From Candidatus Binatia bacterium (GTDB lineage Bacteria > Desulfobacterota > Binatia > UBA9968 > JAJDTQ01): a stretch of DNA of 64,000 bases. The stretch is from contig OY762897.2 of the NCBI GenBank assembly GCA_963666515.2, positions 3,040,001 through 3,104,000 of the forward strand, written 5' to 3'. Shown here in pieces: positions 45,558 through 58,224 of this stretch. The notes beneath the pieces were generated by a model. It was not told where the DNA came from. It saw nothing but the letters and a program-made list of their open reading frames with translations, and ran no database searches. The first letter of the stretch is position 1. The number at the start of each line of letters is the position of its first letter. A program made the position numbers and the translations under genes.

Positions 45558-48287
45558 TTAGCCCTGTTTGTCGGCTTCCTCAACACCTGTTCCGCCCGAT
45601 TCCGTCGCCGTCTCGCCTCCTGCCTTGGCCGTGGCCGCGGGCTTCAATCCAAGCGTCATGATGTAGTCGGTCAGCGCCTCGATCTGCTTCTTTTCGTCCC
45701 CGCCCAGGATGTCCTCGGGTCCACCGGGGTAGAATGACGGCATCTTGGTTCCCGGCTGGAGCGTCTGGGGGTCGAGTATCCACTTCTCGATCCAGTCCGG
45801 ATTGAGGCGCTGGCGGGCGAGGTTCAGATCCGGCGCCCAATCTTCCACCGGCCCTTCGGGCTTCTTGTCGCCCCGCACGTGGCAACTGCCGCACTCGAAG
45901 TAGTCGTCGGAGAACAACGTCCGACCGGCCTCCAGGTAGCCCGCTGGCACCTGTCCTTCGTCAACATGGACATAGGGGATCTCGATCCCGGAAAGGCCCG
46001 CGAAGTAATTCACGAAGGTATCCGCGTGGGGCCCGTCGAAGCCGAAGGTGGGCATGCGGATCTTGAGCCAGGGCCGGATGGCGTTTTCGGGGTTCTGCAG
46101 GAAGCCGAACAGCCAGTTGGCCTGGACCTTCTCGCCCTGGCCGTTGAGCGGCGGCGGCGCCAGGGTCGGGTTTTTCTCGTAGTACTTGCGGACGTACCCG
46201 CCCGTCCCGTCAATCTCGTGACAACCGACGCAGTTGTACTCCTGCACCTTGCGGCGTCCCGCGGAGATCTGCCGCGCCCGCTTGGAGTGATCGGCCTTGA
46301 AGGCCTCGGGCACCTTCCGCTCCACGAAACCGTGCAGCAGCACCCGTAGCGCCTTGATGTCTTCCTCGGGCAGGTCGAAGTGAGGCATCAACTGCTCCAC
46401 CCGCTCGGTGGCGTACACCCTCGGGCTGTGTATCTTGTTGAAGGTCCAGTCCTTCCAGGTGTGCTTGATGCTGGTGTCGTTGCCGAAGAACAGTTCCTCC
46501 AGGGGCTTCGAGCCGAAGGTGGTCAACTCGACGCCGATGCGGGACTCCTTCTCCATCCCCGGGATGTCGTGGCAGCCGGCGCAGCCGTACTTGCGCACCA
46601 GCTTCTCGCCCCTGGCGACGTTGGCGGGCTCCTCCAGGCGGGCCACCACATCGGCGTCGGGCTCGGGCTTCGTGCCCAGCGTCATCAGGTAGGCGGTCAG
46701 CGCCCGCGCCTCGTCCTCGGACAGCCGCAGGCTCGGCATGCGGGTGCCGGGATTGTAGCTCTTGGGATCCAGCAGCCAGTTGTAGGTCCAGCGGGGGTTC
46801 ACCTTGGCGGCGATGTCCTTCAGGTTCGGCACCAGGTCCTTGCCGGCGATGCGGGTGGTGAACTCGTCCTCGGCGAAGCCGTGGCAGCCCAGGCAACCTA
46901 CCGATCGGGCCAGCTCCTCGCCCTTCTTCACCATGGCCGTGTCGCCCGACCGGTACCCCTCCGGCGCGGGATGTTGCTTGAGCCAGGCATCGGCTTCCTT
47001 CCTGGAGACCGACCACAGGTACGCCGCCGCGGCCAGCGCCTCGTCTTCCTTGAAATAGAAGTGCGGCATGCGGGTATTGGGCCTGAACTCCCGCGGGTCC
47101 TCGATCCATTTCACCATCCACGCGGGGTCCAGCTTGGCCTGGACCTTGCGCAGGCTCGGCCCGACCTTGGGGATGTCGCCGTAGCCTTCCACCAGGTGAC
47201 AGCCGGTGCACCCCACCTGCTCGAAGATCTGCTGCCCCCGCGCCACCACCTGGGCGCCTTCGAGGCCGGCCACGTTGAGATGGCAGGTGACACAGTTGGC
47301 CTGCACGTCGTTGTCCTCCAGCAACGGGTGCTCCCAGAACTTCACGTTGCCGTGGGCCTGGGCCAGGCTGTTGACCGCCTCTCCCTGTCCTTCGTGACAA
47401 ACGGTGCAGCCGAAAACGCGCGGCGGATGGGCGGTGTCGCTCAAAAACGTCAGGCGTTTGGGATGGGTGGTAAGGGGCTGCGGCAGGTCGTCGAAGCCGG
47501 CGCGGTTGATGGCGATATGGCACGACTGGCAGCGGTCCACCCGTTCCACCTGCTGGTCGAAGTTGTTGCGGTCGAAGTCCTTGAGCACCACCTGCTGGAT
47601 GCTGGGGATCTTGTAGAGGGTGAACTGCGGGAAGCCGTCCGGGCCTACCGTGACGGTGGCGTTGTCCATCTGCCGCTGCCACTTGCGCTTGTCGCCCTCC
47701 AGCGCATAGAGCTGATCGTCGATCTTCTTGACGCCGCCCTGGACCTCCCTGATCTCCGCCTTGACGTCGGCGCGCTTCTTGCGCGCGGCGTCCAGGGCCG
47801 GCTCGAGGGCGCGTTGCTGGGCCTGCAGCTCTTGGATGTGCCTGCGGTAAGGGCCCGCGTCCTCGCCCAACTGGACCGCGTGGTCGAACTCGTACCAGGC
47901 CTCGTCCAGCTCGCTCTTGACGAACTTGACCTCCTGGTCCGCGTCGAAGTACTCGACCTCGACCCGCTGCTGAAGCTCCCTGAGTTCCGCGAGCCGTGCG
48001 CCCTTCTCGCCGCTCTCGAGGCTCTCCACCTCCGCGGCCCGTTGCTTTACCAGTTCCGCGTACTTCGGGTCCGCGTTCAGGCGCTCCTGCTCCTTGGCCA
48101 ACGCAGCCGCGGCGCGCTCGTAGTCCGTGCGGACGAACTCCGACTGGTGCACCTTCCACACCCGCCTGGTGATGTTGTCGTCGAACACCGCCCACAGGGA
48201 CACCACCACCAGCAGGATGGAGCCTACGAAAAAGACCGTCCCGTAGGACTTCTTCTCTTCATTGGGATCTACGCCGCGAACCGCCAT
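45558..48287 (-). CDS. Membrane-anchored 8-heme c-type cytochrome of the bc complex
   Basis: N-terminal TM plus coiled coil; eight CxxCH (CQSCH, CTVCH, CVTCH, CTGCH, CLGCH, CAGCH, CVGCH, CGSCH) and repeated P..RMP Met ligands. Confidence 0.92.
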   Translation of the reverse strand: MAVRGVDPNEEKKSYGTVFFVGSILLVVVSLWAVFDDNITRRVWKVHQSEFVRTDYERAAAALAKEQERLNADPKYAELVKQRAAEVESLESGEKGARLAELRELQQRVEVEYFDADQEVKFVKSELDEAWYEFDHAVQLGEDAGPYRRHIQELQAQQRALEPALDAARKKRADVKAEIREVQGGVKKIDDQLYALEGDKRKWQRQMDNATVTVGPDGFPQFTLYKIPSIQQVVLKDFDRNNFDQQVERVDRCQSCHIAINRAGFDDLPQPLTTHPKRLTFLSDTAHPPRVFGCTVCHEGQGEAVNSLAQAHGNVKFWEHPLLEDNDVQANCVTCHLNVAGLEGAQVVARGQQIFEQVGCTGCHLVEGYGDIPKVGPSLRKVQAKLDPAWMVKWIEDPREFRPNTRMPHFYFKEDEALAAAAYLWSVSRKEADAWLKQHPAPEGYRSGDTAMVKKGEELARSVGCLGCHGFAEDEFTTRIAGKDLVPNLKDIAAKVNPRWTYNWLLDPKSYNPGTRMPSLRLSEDEARALTAYLMTLGTKPEPDADVVARLEEPANVARGEKLVRKYGCAGCHDIPGMEKESRIGVELTTFGSKPLEELFFGNDTSIKHTWKDWTFNKIHSPRVYATERVEQLMPHFDLPEEDIKALRVLLHGFVERKVPEAFKADHSKRARQISAGRRKVQEYNCVGCHEIDGTGGYVRKYYEKNPTLAPPPLNGQGEKVQANWLFGFLQNPENAIRPWLKIRMPTFGFDGPHADTFVNYFAGLSGIEIPYVHVDEGQVPAGYLEAGRTLFSDDYFECGSCHVRGDKKPEGPVEDWAPDLNLARQRLNPDWIEKWILDPQTLQPGTKMPSFYPGGPEDILGGDEKKQIEALTDYIMTLGLKPAATAKAGGETATESGGTGVEEADKQG

Positions 48288-48331
48288 TCACTCTCCCTGA
48301 AGCACGCAGAGAATCTATCCGTATCTCGGCG

Positions 48332-48499
48332 TCAAGCCGCCTTGCTCTCCAACACGCGCCCAAGCCAGAACACCGTCACGCCGATGAGGGTCATGATGAT
48401 CTCTTCGGCCATGGCGATGCCCTGAAAGATGCCCACGAACAACGTGAAACCCACACCGGCAAGGCCCAGGGCCTGGACAAGCTTTGCTACATAGAACAT
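48332..48499 (-). CDS. 55-aa two-TM membrane protein in the bc operon (not in the ORF track)
   Basis: MFYVAKLVQALGLAGVGFTLFVGIFQGIAMAEEIIMTLIGVTVFWLGRVLESKAA; TGATG overlap with the upstream gene. Confidence 0.75.
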   Translation of the reverse strand: MFYVAKLVQALGLAGVGFTLFVGIFQGIAMAEEIIMTLIGVTVFWLGRVLESKAA

Positions 48500-49269
48500 C
48501 AGATATTAAGCCAGGGGGTGACCATGATGTACTTGATGTTGAACACCAGCCGCAGGAACATCTTGACCGGAAGCCCCATCATGGTGATGAACAGAAAGGA
48601 GGTGATGGCGAAGCGGACGGCGCCCCACCGGATCATGAACTCCTTGCCCTTGATCCATACGACCCACTTGTAGAACAGCCACGTCGAGAGCACGTAGTAG
48701 ACCAGCACCAGGAACAGGCCGAAGCCCGCCTGGACCCAATAGTCCCGCAGACCCACGATGTAAGGCAGGTCCACGTTGGTCAGGGCCACCACCTTGTGCG
48801 GGTCCCACCGCTGCCAGGGCCAGAACAGGTTCCACCCCGGCCCGCGGAAGAACGTCCCGATGATGATCGTGACCACCCAGAGGACGTGGAAGCCGATGAA
48901 GAAGGTCAGGATCTCCCACTTGCGTTCCTTGAACGTGTAGTAGCCATTGCCCTTGACGTTGATGTCGATGAAGGGGATCACCATCAGGCCGATGATGATG
49001 AAGGTCGGCAGCACCACCCCGGCGTACCAGGGGTCGAAGTACACCAGCATCTCCTGCAGTCCGAGGAAATACCACGGCGCCTTGGAGGGGTTGGGAGTCC
49101 GGGCCGGGTTGGCGGGCTCCTCCAGCGGCGCGTCCACCAGCAGCGACCACAGCGTCATGGCCACCATCACGAAGATGGTCACCAGGAACTCGCCGCGCAC
49201 CAAGTGCGGCCACGTGTGAATCTTGTCGTCGATGACGATCTGCCGGCTTCTTTCCTCGGCCTGAGCCAT
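48499..49269 (-). CDS. Cytochrome b C-terminal part / subunit IV (PetD-like)
   Basis: WPHLV..E and APLEEPANPARTPNPSKAPWYFLGLQEM (PEWY-equivalent). Confidence 0.88.
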   Translation of the reverse strand: MAQAEERSRQIVIDDKIHTWPHLVRGEFLVTIFVMVAMTLWSLLVDAPLEEPANPARTPNPSKAPWYFLGLQEMLVYFDPWYAGVVLPTFIIIGLMVIPFIDINVKGNGYYTFKERKWEILTFFIGFHVLWVVTIIIGTFFRGPGWNLFWPWQRWDPHKVVALTNVDLPYIVGLRDYWVQAGFGLFLVLVYYVLSTWLFYKWVVWIKGKEFMIRWGAVRFAITSFLFITMMGLPVKMFLRLVFNIKYIMVTPWLNI

Positions 49270-49315
49270 GCGATGGCACCCTTTCCCTTAGCGATGAACC
49301 CGTGCGCCGATGAAC

Positions 49316-50086
49316 CTAGAGCGGAGGGCCGGAGAAGCCGTCCCGGCGGATGCGCCAGAAGTGCACGGCCATGAGCAGGCTGGCCACCAGCGGGATGAAG
49401 ATGCAGTGGAGGATGTAGAACCGCAGCAGCGTGTGCGGACCGATGTCGCCGCCGCCGAACAGGAACGCCCGCGCGTCGTAGATCGGGTTGGCGCCCACGA
49501 ACTCCGCGAAGGGTCCCTCGTGCCCCAGCAGGGGCGTGGCCCGGGCCATGTTGGCGCCCACGGTGACGGCCCAGATGGCGAGCTGGTCCCACGGCAGCAG
49601 GTAGCCGGTAAAGCTCAGCAGCAGGGTCAGCACCAGCAGCAGCACGCCGACGATCCAGTTGAATTCCCGCGGCGGCTTGTAGGAGCCGGTGAGGAACACC
49701 CGGAACATGTGCAGCCACACGAAGATGACCATGGCGTGGGCCGCCCAGCGGTGCATGTTGCGCATCAACATGCCGAAGGGCATGTCGAACTCCAGGTACT
49801 TCATGTCCGCGTAGGCGTACTGCGGCACCGGCCGGTAGTAGAACATCAGGTAGATGCCGGTCACCACCGTGAGCAGGAACATGAGGAAGGTGAGCCCCCC
49901 CATGCACCAAGTGAAGCGCATGCGCACGGCGTGCCTGCGGACCTTGGCGGGATGCAGGTGCATCCACACGTTGCCCGTGACCATCAGCACGCGGTTCCGC
50001 GGCGTGTCCTCGTAGCCGTGCCGGAAGATCGACTTCCAGACCTGGCTCTCGACGACGTCCTTCTTGATCTGTTCCAGGTTGATCAT
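49316..50086 (-). CDS. Cytochrome b6-type N-terminal subunit (PetB/QcrB)
   Basis: FTWCMGG, TGIYLMFYY, RNMHRWAAH, YKPPREFNW, GYLLPWDQ and RFYILH motifs. Confidence 0.93.
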   Translation of the reverse strand: MINLEQIKKDVVESQVWKSIFRHGYEDTPRNRVLMVTGNVWMHLHPAKVRRHAVRMRFTWCMGGLTFLMFLLTVVTGIYLMFYYRPVPQYAYADMKYLEFDMPFGMLMRNMHRWAAHAMVIFVWLHMFRVFLTGSYKPPREFNWIVGVLLLVLTLLLSFTGYLLPWDQLAIWAVTVGANMARATPLLGHEGPFAEFVGANPIYDARAFLFGGGDIGPHTLLRFYILHCIFIPLVASLLMAVHFWRIRRDGFSGPPL

Positions 50087-50094
50087 GGTCCGTC

Positions 50095-50619
50095 TCAAAC
50101 CTTGAGGATGCTGTTGGGATGCTGCTCGTCCGGTTCCCCGCCCGGCGCCATGCGGAACTTCCTGGCCTTGTCCACCACGAGTTGGCCGTCTTCCGCCACC
50201 GCGATCTCGAAGCGGTCCAGCGGCCGAGGCGCCGGCCCCTCGAAGTTCAGGCCCGACTTGAAGAAGCCGCTGCCGTGACAGGGGCACTTGAACTTGCTCT
50301 CAGCGGAGAGCCAGCGCGGCGTGCAGCCGAGGTGCGTGCACTCGGAGGAGACCGCGTAGAAGCCCGCCTCCTCGCGCACGATCCACACGCGGAAGTCCTT
50401 CTTGAACTTCTCGCTCACCTCGCCGATGGCGTAGTCGGACGGGAAGCCGGCCTTGAACGTGGAAGGCGGCTTGAAGAGCACCCGCGGAAACGCCGACCGC
50501 ATGAAGCCGAAGAGGGAAAGCAGGGAAAACACCCCGAACCCCAGCCAGCCAAGGCGGCCGAAGAAGTCCCGGCGGCTCCAGATGCCTCGCTCGATTTTCC
50601 GTTTCTCGTTCGTAGCCAT
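50095..50619 (-). CDS. Rieske iron-sulfur subunit (PetC/QcrA)
   Basis: Tat-like SRRDFF, CTHLGC, CPCHGS and GPAPRPL motifs. Confidence 0.93.
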   Translation of the reverse strand: MATNEKRKIERGIWSRRDFFGRLGWLGFGVFSLLSLFGFMRSAFPRVLFKPPSTFKAGFPSDYAIGEVSEKFKKDFRVWIVREEAGFYAVSSECTHLGCTPRWLSAESKFKCPCHGSGFFKSGLNFEGPAPRPLDRFEIAVAEDGQLVVDKARKFRMAPGGEPDEQHPNSILKV

Positions 50620-50638
50620 CGCCTACTCCATCGCGTCC

Positions 50639-50989
50639 CTACTTCTTCTTGAACCAGCTTATCACGGCCCCCCAGACGATGAAGAACAGGCCGCCGGCCA
50701 TCAACGCCAGACCGACGGGCCCGAAGACGAATGAAAGGCCGAACCCCAACACGAGAAAAAGCACGCCGGCGCCCAGGGGATTCATCGGCGCCGGTGTGGA
50801 CCCGGTCGCTGCCTGTTGTGGTTCCTCGCCCCGGATCAGCTCCTCGCGCACCAGCGAGAAGGCGAGTTCCTTCAGATCCTCCCGCTTCTCCGGCTCGACG
50901 GAACGGATCAACCGGCCGATATGCTCGGCCAGCCGTTCGACTTCCGCTTCCGTCGACTCAGGGTCGGATTTTGGAGGTTCTGAAGCCAC
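50639..50989 (-). CDS. Hypothetical membrane protein
   Basis: Helical N-terminal domain plus two C-terminal TM helices; start uncertain. Confidence 0.6.
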   Translation of the reverse strand: MASEPPKSDPESTEAEVERLAEHIGRLIRSVEPEKREDLKELAFSLVREELIRGEEPQQAATGSTPAPMNPLGAGVLFLVLGFGLSFVFGPVGLALMAGGLFFIVWGAVISWFKKK

Positions 50990-51078
50990 GGAGAATAGAA
51001 AACGTGAATAATATAAGCGACTACGGATGTCAACAGAGTCGTGTAAAACGACCTGCACACGCGCCGGATCCCCCAGAG

Positions 51079-51888
51079 CTAGGTCACCAGTCCCAGCACG
51101 TCCTTCATGCCGTAAAGGCCGTTCTCCTTGTCCGCGACCCACTGCGCCGCCCTAATGGCGCCGCGGCCGAAAGCGTCCCTGCTGTGGGCCCGGTGGACCA
51201 GCTCGATCCTTTCTCCGATGCCGCCGAACATGACGGTGTGCTCGCCTGCGATATCGCCGGCCCGGACGGAAAGGAGACCGATGTCGGTCTTCTTCCGCTC
51301 GCCGAACCCGCTACGGCCCTCCACGCCCACCCGTTCCAGCTTGCGCCCCAGGGCGTCGCCCGCGGCCCGGGCCAAGGCCAACGCAGTGCCGCTGGGGGCG
51401 TCTTTCTTGAACCGGTGGTGCGCCTCCACGATCTCCACGTCGTAGGCGTCGCCGAGGCTGCGGGCCACCTGACCCACCAAGCCGAGCAGCAGGTTCACCC
51501 CGAGGCTCATGTTGGGAGCGAGGACGGTGGGAGTCCGGGCCGCCAGGGTTCGGATCTGCCGGAGTTGCTTGGCGTTGAAGCCGGTGGTGCCGATGACGAT
51601 GGGAGTGGCGGTCTTGGCCGCGGCCTTCATGTGGGCGACGGAGGCGTCGGGGGTCGTCAAATCGACGATGACACGCTTTTCTCCAGCCGACGGCTCGATG
51701 CGGTCGATGATCTCGACGCCCAGATGACCGGCGCCGGCCACCTCTCCGGCGTCCTGACCCAACCTGGCGCTGCCGGGCCGGTCCACGGCCCCGGCGAGGG
51801 TGACGCCCGGAGTATCCTGGATCAGGCGGACCAGCGCGCTGCCCATCCTCCCGCCCGGCCCGCAAACGATCAGACCCAGCGTGCTCAT
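51079..51888 (-). CDS. dapB: 4-hydroxy-tetrahydrodipicolinate reductase
   Basis: GPGGRMG, IGTTG, APNMSLGV and EAHHRFKKDAPSGTA motifs. Confidence 0.96.
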   Translation of the reverse strand: MSTLGLIVCGPGGRMGSALVRLIQDTPGVTLAGAVDRPGSARLGQDAGEVAGAGHLGVEIIDRIEPSAGEKRVIVDLTTPDASVAHMKAAAKTATPIVIGTTGFNAKQLRQIRTLAARTPTVLAPNMSLGVNLLLGLVGQVARSLGDAYDVEIVEAHHRFKKDAPSGTALALARAAGDALGRKLERVGVEGRSGFGERKKTDIGLLSVRAGDIAGEHTVMFGGIGERIELVHRAHSRDAFGRGAIRAAQWVADKENGLYGMKDVLGLVT

Positions 51889-51932
51889 GCCCGTGTCCTT
51901 TCTCGCGTAGAGATGCGCAGGACCGTTCGGGG

Positions 51933-52817
51933 TCAGGAAGGACGCTCGATCAATCCGTAGTCCGCCATGGCGCCGTTCAGCCGCTTCAGGTTGGACTCGC
52001 CCATTGGAGTCAGCGGCAGCCGCAACTCGGGGCCGCACTTGCCCATGAGGGACAGGGCGGTCTTGACGGGGATGGGATTTGTTTCGCTGAAAAGGCAACG
52101 GATCAGCGGCATCAGCTCGAACTGGATGCGACGGCCGGTGGCCCAATCGTCCCGCAGGCACGCTTCCGTCAGGTCAGCCATGGCACGGGGGGCGACGTTG
52201 CCGGTGGTGGTGATGACACCCTTGCCACCCAAAGTCATGAGCGAATAGACCAGCGAGTCCTCGCCGGAATACACCGCCAGGGAGTCGCCGCACAGCCGGA
52301 TGACGTCGATGGCCTGGTCCACCGATCCCGTTGCCTCCTTCACCCCGGCGACGTTGCCGATTTCCGCCAGCCGCGCCAGCGTTTCCGGCTCCATCTTCGA
52401 GGCCGTACGGCCCGGAATGTTGTAGACGATGAGGGGGATGCCCACGTGCTCGGCCACCGCCCGGTAATGGCGGTAGATGCCCTCCTGGGTGGGCTTGTTG
52501 TAGTAGGGCGAGATCAGCAGCGCGCCGTCGGCGCCGGAGTCCTCCGCGGCCCGGGTGAGGTCCATGGCTTCGCGGGTGGAGTTGGAGCCGGTGCCGGCGA
52601 TGACCGGGACCCGCTTCCCTGCCGCGCGCACCACCGCGTCGATGACCGCGTGGTGCTCCTCGTGGTCCAGGGTGGCCGACTCTCCGGTGGAGCCGCACGG
52701 CACCAGCGCGTGCGTTCCCTGCTCGATCTGGAACTCAACCAGCACCTCCAGCGCGGCGTAGTCCACCTCGCCATCCTTGAACGGCGTGACCATGGCCGTC
52801 ATCGATCCGGTAAACAT
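51933..52817 (-). CDS. dapA: 4-hydroxy-tetrahydrodipicolinate synthase
   Basis: GSTGESATL, PYYNKPTQEG, YNIPGRT and ETNPIPVK motifs. Confidence 0.96.
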   Translation of the reverse strand: MFTGSMTAMVTPFKDGEVDYAALEVLVEFQIEQGTHALVPCGSTGESATLDHEEHHAVIDAVVRAAGKRVPVIAGTGSNSTREAMDLTRAAEDSGADGALLISPYYNKPTQEGIYRHYRAVAEHVGIPLIVYNIPGRTASKMEPETLARLAEIGNVAGVKEATGSVDQAIDVIRLCGDSLAVYSGEDSLVYSLMTLGGKGVITTTGNVAPRAMADLTEACLRDDWATGRRIQFELMPLIRCLFSETNPIPVKTALSLMGKCGPELRLPLTPMGESNLKRLNGAMADYGLIERPS

Positions 52818-52865
52818 GTCGTCCCCCCTTGGCCCTTGCGTTATTTCCTTCCCCGCCCGACCCCC

Positions 52866-52893
52866 CTGGATTCCGGCTTTCGCCGGAATGACG
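52866..52893. repeat. CGTC-family REP
   Basis: ctggattccggctttcgccggaatgacg. Confidence 0.85.
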
Positions 52894-52935
52894 GGTTGCG
52901 GGACATCGCCGGCCACTCCCTATACCGATACCACC

Positions 52936-53757
52936 TCAAACGCGGATGCTGCCCTGGAAAACTTCCTGGGCGGGGCCGGTCATGTAGACCCGGTCGTCGT
53001 CGGCCCAGTGTATCTCCAGGTCCCCGCCGATGAGGTGTACCGTTATCTTCTTCCCGGTCCTGTTGGTCAAGGCTCCGGCCACGCCCACGGCGCTGGCGCC
53101 GGTGCCGCAGGCCCAGGTCTCGCCGGCGCCGCGTTCCCAGACGCGCATGCGCACCTCGTCCGGTGCGAGCACCTGGACGAATTCGGTGTTGACCCGGTTG
53201 GGGAAGAAGGCGTGGTGCTCGAAGCGGGGTCCCAGCCGGGGCAGGTCCAGCGCATCCACGTCATCGACGTAGAGGACGCAATGGGGATTGCCCATGGACA
53301 CGCAGGTGACCGCGTACTCGACGCCGTCGACGGTGAGCGGATGGTTGAGGATGCTGCCGTCGGCGTCTACGGGGATGTCCCGGCCGTCCAGCACGGGCCG
53401 GCCCATGTCCACCTCCACCCGGTCGCCCTTGAGCCGCGGCCGGATGATGCCCGCAAGCGTATCCACCGCGATCTCCTGCTTCTCGGTCAGGCCGTGCTCG
53501 TAGACGTACCTGGCAAAGCAGCGGATGCCGTTGCCGCACATCTCCACCTCGCTGCCGTCGGCGTTGTAGATCTCCATCGTGAAGTCCGCCGAGTCCGACG
53601 GCTTGACGGTGAGCAACTGGTCCGCACCTACGCCGAAGCGGCGGTGGCACAGGTTCTTCGCAATGTCCGCCAGGCCCGTCGGCTGCGCCTCCATGCAGTC
53701 CAGCACCACGAAATCGTTGCCGCAGCCGTGCATCTTGGTAAACGTGATCTCGGTCAT
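52936..53757 (-). CDS. dapF: Diaminopimelate epimerase
   Basis: FTKMHGCGNDF, EMCGNG, SMGNPH and ERGAGETWACGTG motifs. Confidence 0.96.
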   Translation of the reverse strand: MTEITFTKMHGCGNDFVVLDCMEAQPTGLADIAKNLCHRRFGVGADQLLTVKPSDSADFTMEIYNADGSEVEMCGNGIRCFARYVYEHGLTEKQEIAVDTLAGIIRPRLKGDRVEVDMGRPVLDGRDIPVDADGSILNHPLTVDGVEYAVTCVSMGNPHCVLYVDDVDALDLPRLGPRFEHHAFFPNRVNTEFVQVLAPDEVRMRVWERGAGETWACGTGASAVGVAGALTNRTGKKITVHLIGGDLEIHWADDDRVYMTGPAQEVFQGSIRV

Positions 53758-53770
53758 GGGCTCCTCCGCT

Positions 53771-55023
<1,253 letters not shown>

Positions 55024-55036
<13 letters not shown>

Positions 55037-55518
55037 TCGATGCTGACCTCGTTGGACGGCCCGCTGAGGGAACCGTCGGACAAACGGACCCGGACCCGAT
55101 ACCGGTACACCCTGCCGGACTGAAGCTCCGTATCCGTGAACACGTAGTCGGACCGCTTGAAGAAGCGGCCTTCGTCTTCCACGTTGATGACCGCCCGCTC
55201 GCTGTAGGCCGCGCGGCAGTCCGGACAATCCGCGGCCGTGCTCTTGCGGAACACCACGAACGCCGCGAGGTCCGTGAGCGGCCGGCCGTCCAAGGCCTTG
55301 CGGGGATGCGACCAGCCCAGGCGGATGCTGCGGTCCTGCAGCCTGAGCGTCAGGTCGGTGATGGCCACGGGCATCAGCAGCTCGGGCGCCCGGGGCGCTC
55401 CCTTCCTGCCGCAGCCGACGGCCAGCAACGCGGGCAGCAGGAGCATGCACAACAAACCTGCACCGTTCACTCGAAGGAGTCTGGTGCCGGCACTTCCTCC
55501 AATGCCCGAAACCGTCAT
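55024..55518 (-). CDS. Lipoprotein with an LptM/LppL-like CGxKG motif and an Fn3-like domain
   Basis: Lipobox LAVGC-GRKGAPRAP; YRYRVR..G..SGPSNEV Fn3-like end; located between argH and lysA. Confidence 0.75.
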
Positions 55519-56891
55519 CACACCCCCAGCTTCCTCAACCGGCGGCGGACGTTGGCGGAGGCGGTGCCGCCGGGCGCGCGACGGCGCTCGACGACGGCGC
55601 GGAGCGTCAGGACCTCGTAGACGTCCGGGCCGATGGCCGGGCAGTAGCCCTGAAGCTCCTCCAGCGACAGGTCCTGCAGCTTGCGTTGCGTGTCGATGCA
55701 GTGGCGCACGGCGCCGCCCACCACGTCGTGGGCGGCGCGGAAGCTGAGGCCCCGGCCCACGAGGTAGTCCGCCAGGTCCGTGGCGTTCATGAAGCCGTCC
55801 TCGGCCGCGGCCAGCATCCGCTCGCCTCGCACCTCCAGGCCGTTGAAGAGCTCCCGCGCCATCAGCAGGCACGCGGTGACCGTGTCCACGGTGTCGAACA
55901 GGGGTTCCTTGTCCTCCTGGAGGTCGCGGTTGTAGGCCAGCGGCAGCCCTTTCATGATGGTCAGGAGCGTGTTGAGGTTGCCGTACACCCGCCCGGTCTT
56001 GCCGCGGATCAGCTCGGCTACGTCGGGGTTCTTCTTCTGCGGCATCATCGAGCTGCCGGTGCAGTAGGCATCCGGCAACTCGACGAAGCCGAACTCCTCG
56101 CTGGACCACAGGATCAGCTCGTCGGCCATGCGGCTCAGGTGGACGAACAGGATGGCGGACGCCGACAGGAACTCCAGCACGAAGTCCCGGTCGCTGACCG
56201 CGTCGATGCTGTTCTCGGAGAGGCGCGGGAAGTTCAGCAGTTTCGCCACGTAGGCGCGGTCGATGGGAAAGCTCGTGCCGGCCAACGCGCCGGAGCCCAG
56301 GGGCATGACGTCGGTCTCCGTCCGGCAGTGGCGGTAGCGGCTCTTGTCCCGCTCGAACATCTCCACGTAGGCCAGCAGGTGGTGCGCGAACAGCACGGGC
56401 TGGGCCCGCTGGAGGTGGGTGTAGCCGGGCATGAGCACGCCCTCGTTCCGTCGCGCCGCGCCCGCCAGCGCCTGCTGCAGCGCGTCGAGGGCTCCCAGGA
56501 TGCCGTCGAGGGCCTCCCTCAGGTAGAGGCGCATGTCCAGGCTCACTTGGTCGTTGCGGCTCCGGGCGGTGTGGAGCTTCTCACCGACGGCGCCGATCTT
56601 CTCGGTGAGTCGCCGCTCGATGTTCATGTGGATGTCTTCATCGGCGACGCTGTAGGGGAACGCTCCGCTCTCGATCTCCTTCTGCACCGCGCGCAGTCCG
56701 GCGACGATCTTGCGGGCGTCGCCCGCGGGGATGATGCGCTGCTTGCCTAACATGCGCGCATGGGCCGTGCTGCCGGCGATGTCGTGCCGGTAGAGGCGCC
56801 GGTCCACGTCCACGGACGCGGTGAAGGCCACCACGGAGTCCGCGGTGGAACCAGCGAACCGGCCTCCCCAGAGCTGTTTCTTCTTCGCCAT
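55518..56891 (-). CDS. argH: Argininosuccinate lyase
   Basis: LWGGRF, ARSRNDQV, GYTHLQRAQP and GSSMMPQKKNPD motifs. Confidence 0.97.
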   Translation of the reverse strand: MAKKKQLWGGRFAGSTADSVVAFTASVDVDRRLYRHDIAGSTAHARMLGKQRIIPAGDARKIVAGLRAVQKEIESGAFPYSVADEDIHMNIERRLTEKIGAVGEKLHTARSRNDQVSLDMRLYLREALDGILGALDALQQALAGAARRNEGVLMPGYTHLQRAQPVLFAHHLLAYVEMFERDKSRYRHCRTETDVMPLGSGALAGTSFPIDRAYVAKLLNFPRLSENSIDAVSDRDFVLEFLSASAILFVHLSRMADELILWSSEEFGFVELPDAYCTGSSMMPQKKNPDVAELIRGKTGRVYGNLNTLLTIMKGLPLAYNRDLQEDKEPLFDTVDTVTACLLMARELFNGLEVRGERMLAAAEDGFMNATDLADYLVGRGLSFRAAHDVVGGAVRHCIDTQRKLQDLSLEELQGYCPAIGPDVYEVLTLRAVVERRRAPGGTASANVRRRLRKLGV

Positions 56892-56967
56892 GCTGGTTAT
56901 GTGCCCGCGACGTCCAGCCGGAAGTTCGCGTGCACGATGAGCCGGTGTTGTTTCTTCGCCATGCCGG

Positions 56968-56983
<16 letters not shown>
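56876..56983 (-). repeat. Degenerate 71-bp-period duplication of the argG/argH junction, creating a 21-codon mini-ORF (56897-56962)
   Basis: tttcttcgccatgc(t/c)ggttatg(t/c)gcc appears twice, 71 bp apart; mini-ORF MAKKQHRLIVHANFRLDVAGT. Confidence 0.7.
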
Positions 56984-58188
<1,205 letters not shown>

Positions 58189-58224
58189 CCGGATTCCAGG
58201 AGCCTGTCCGAGTAGTCGAATTTC

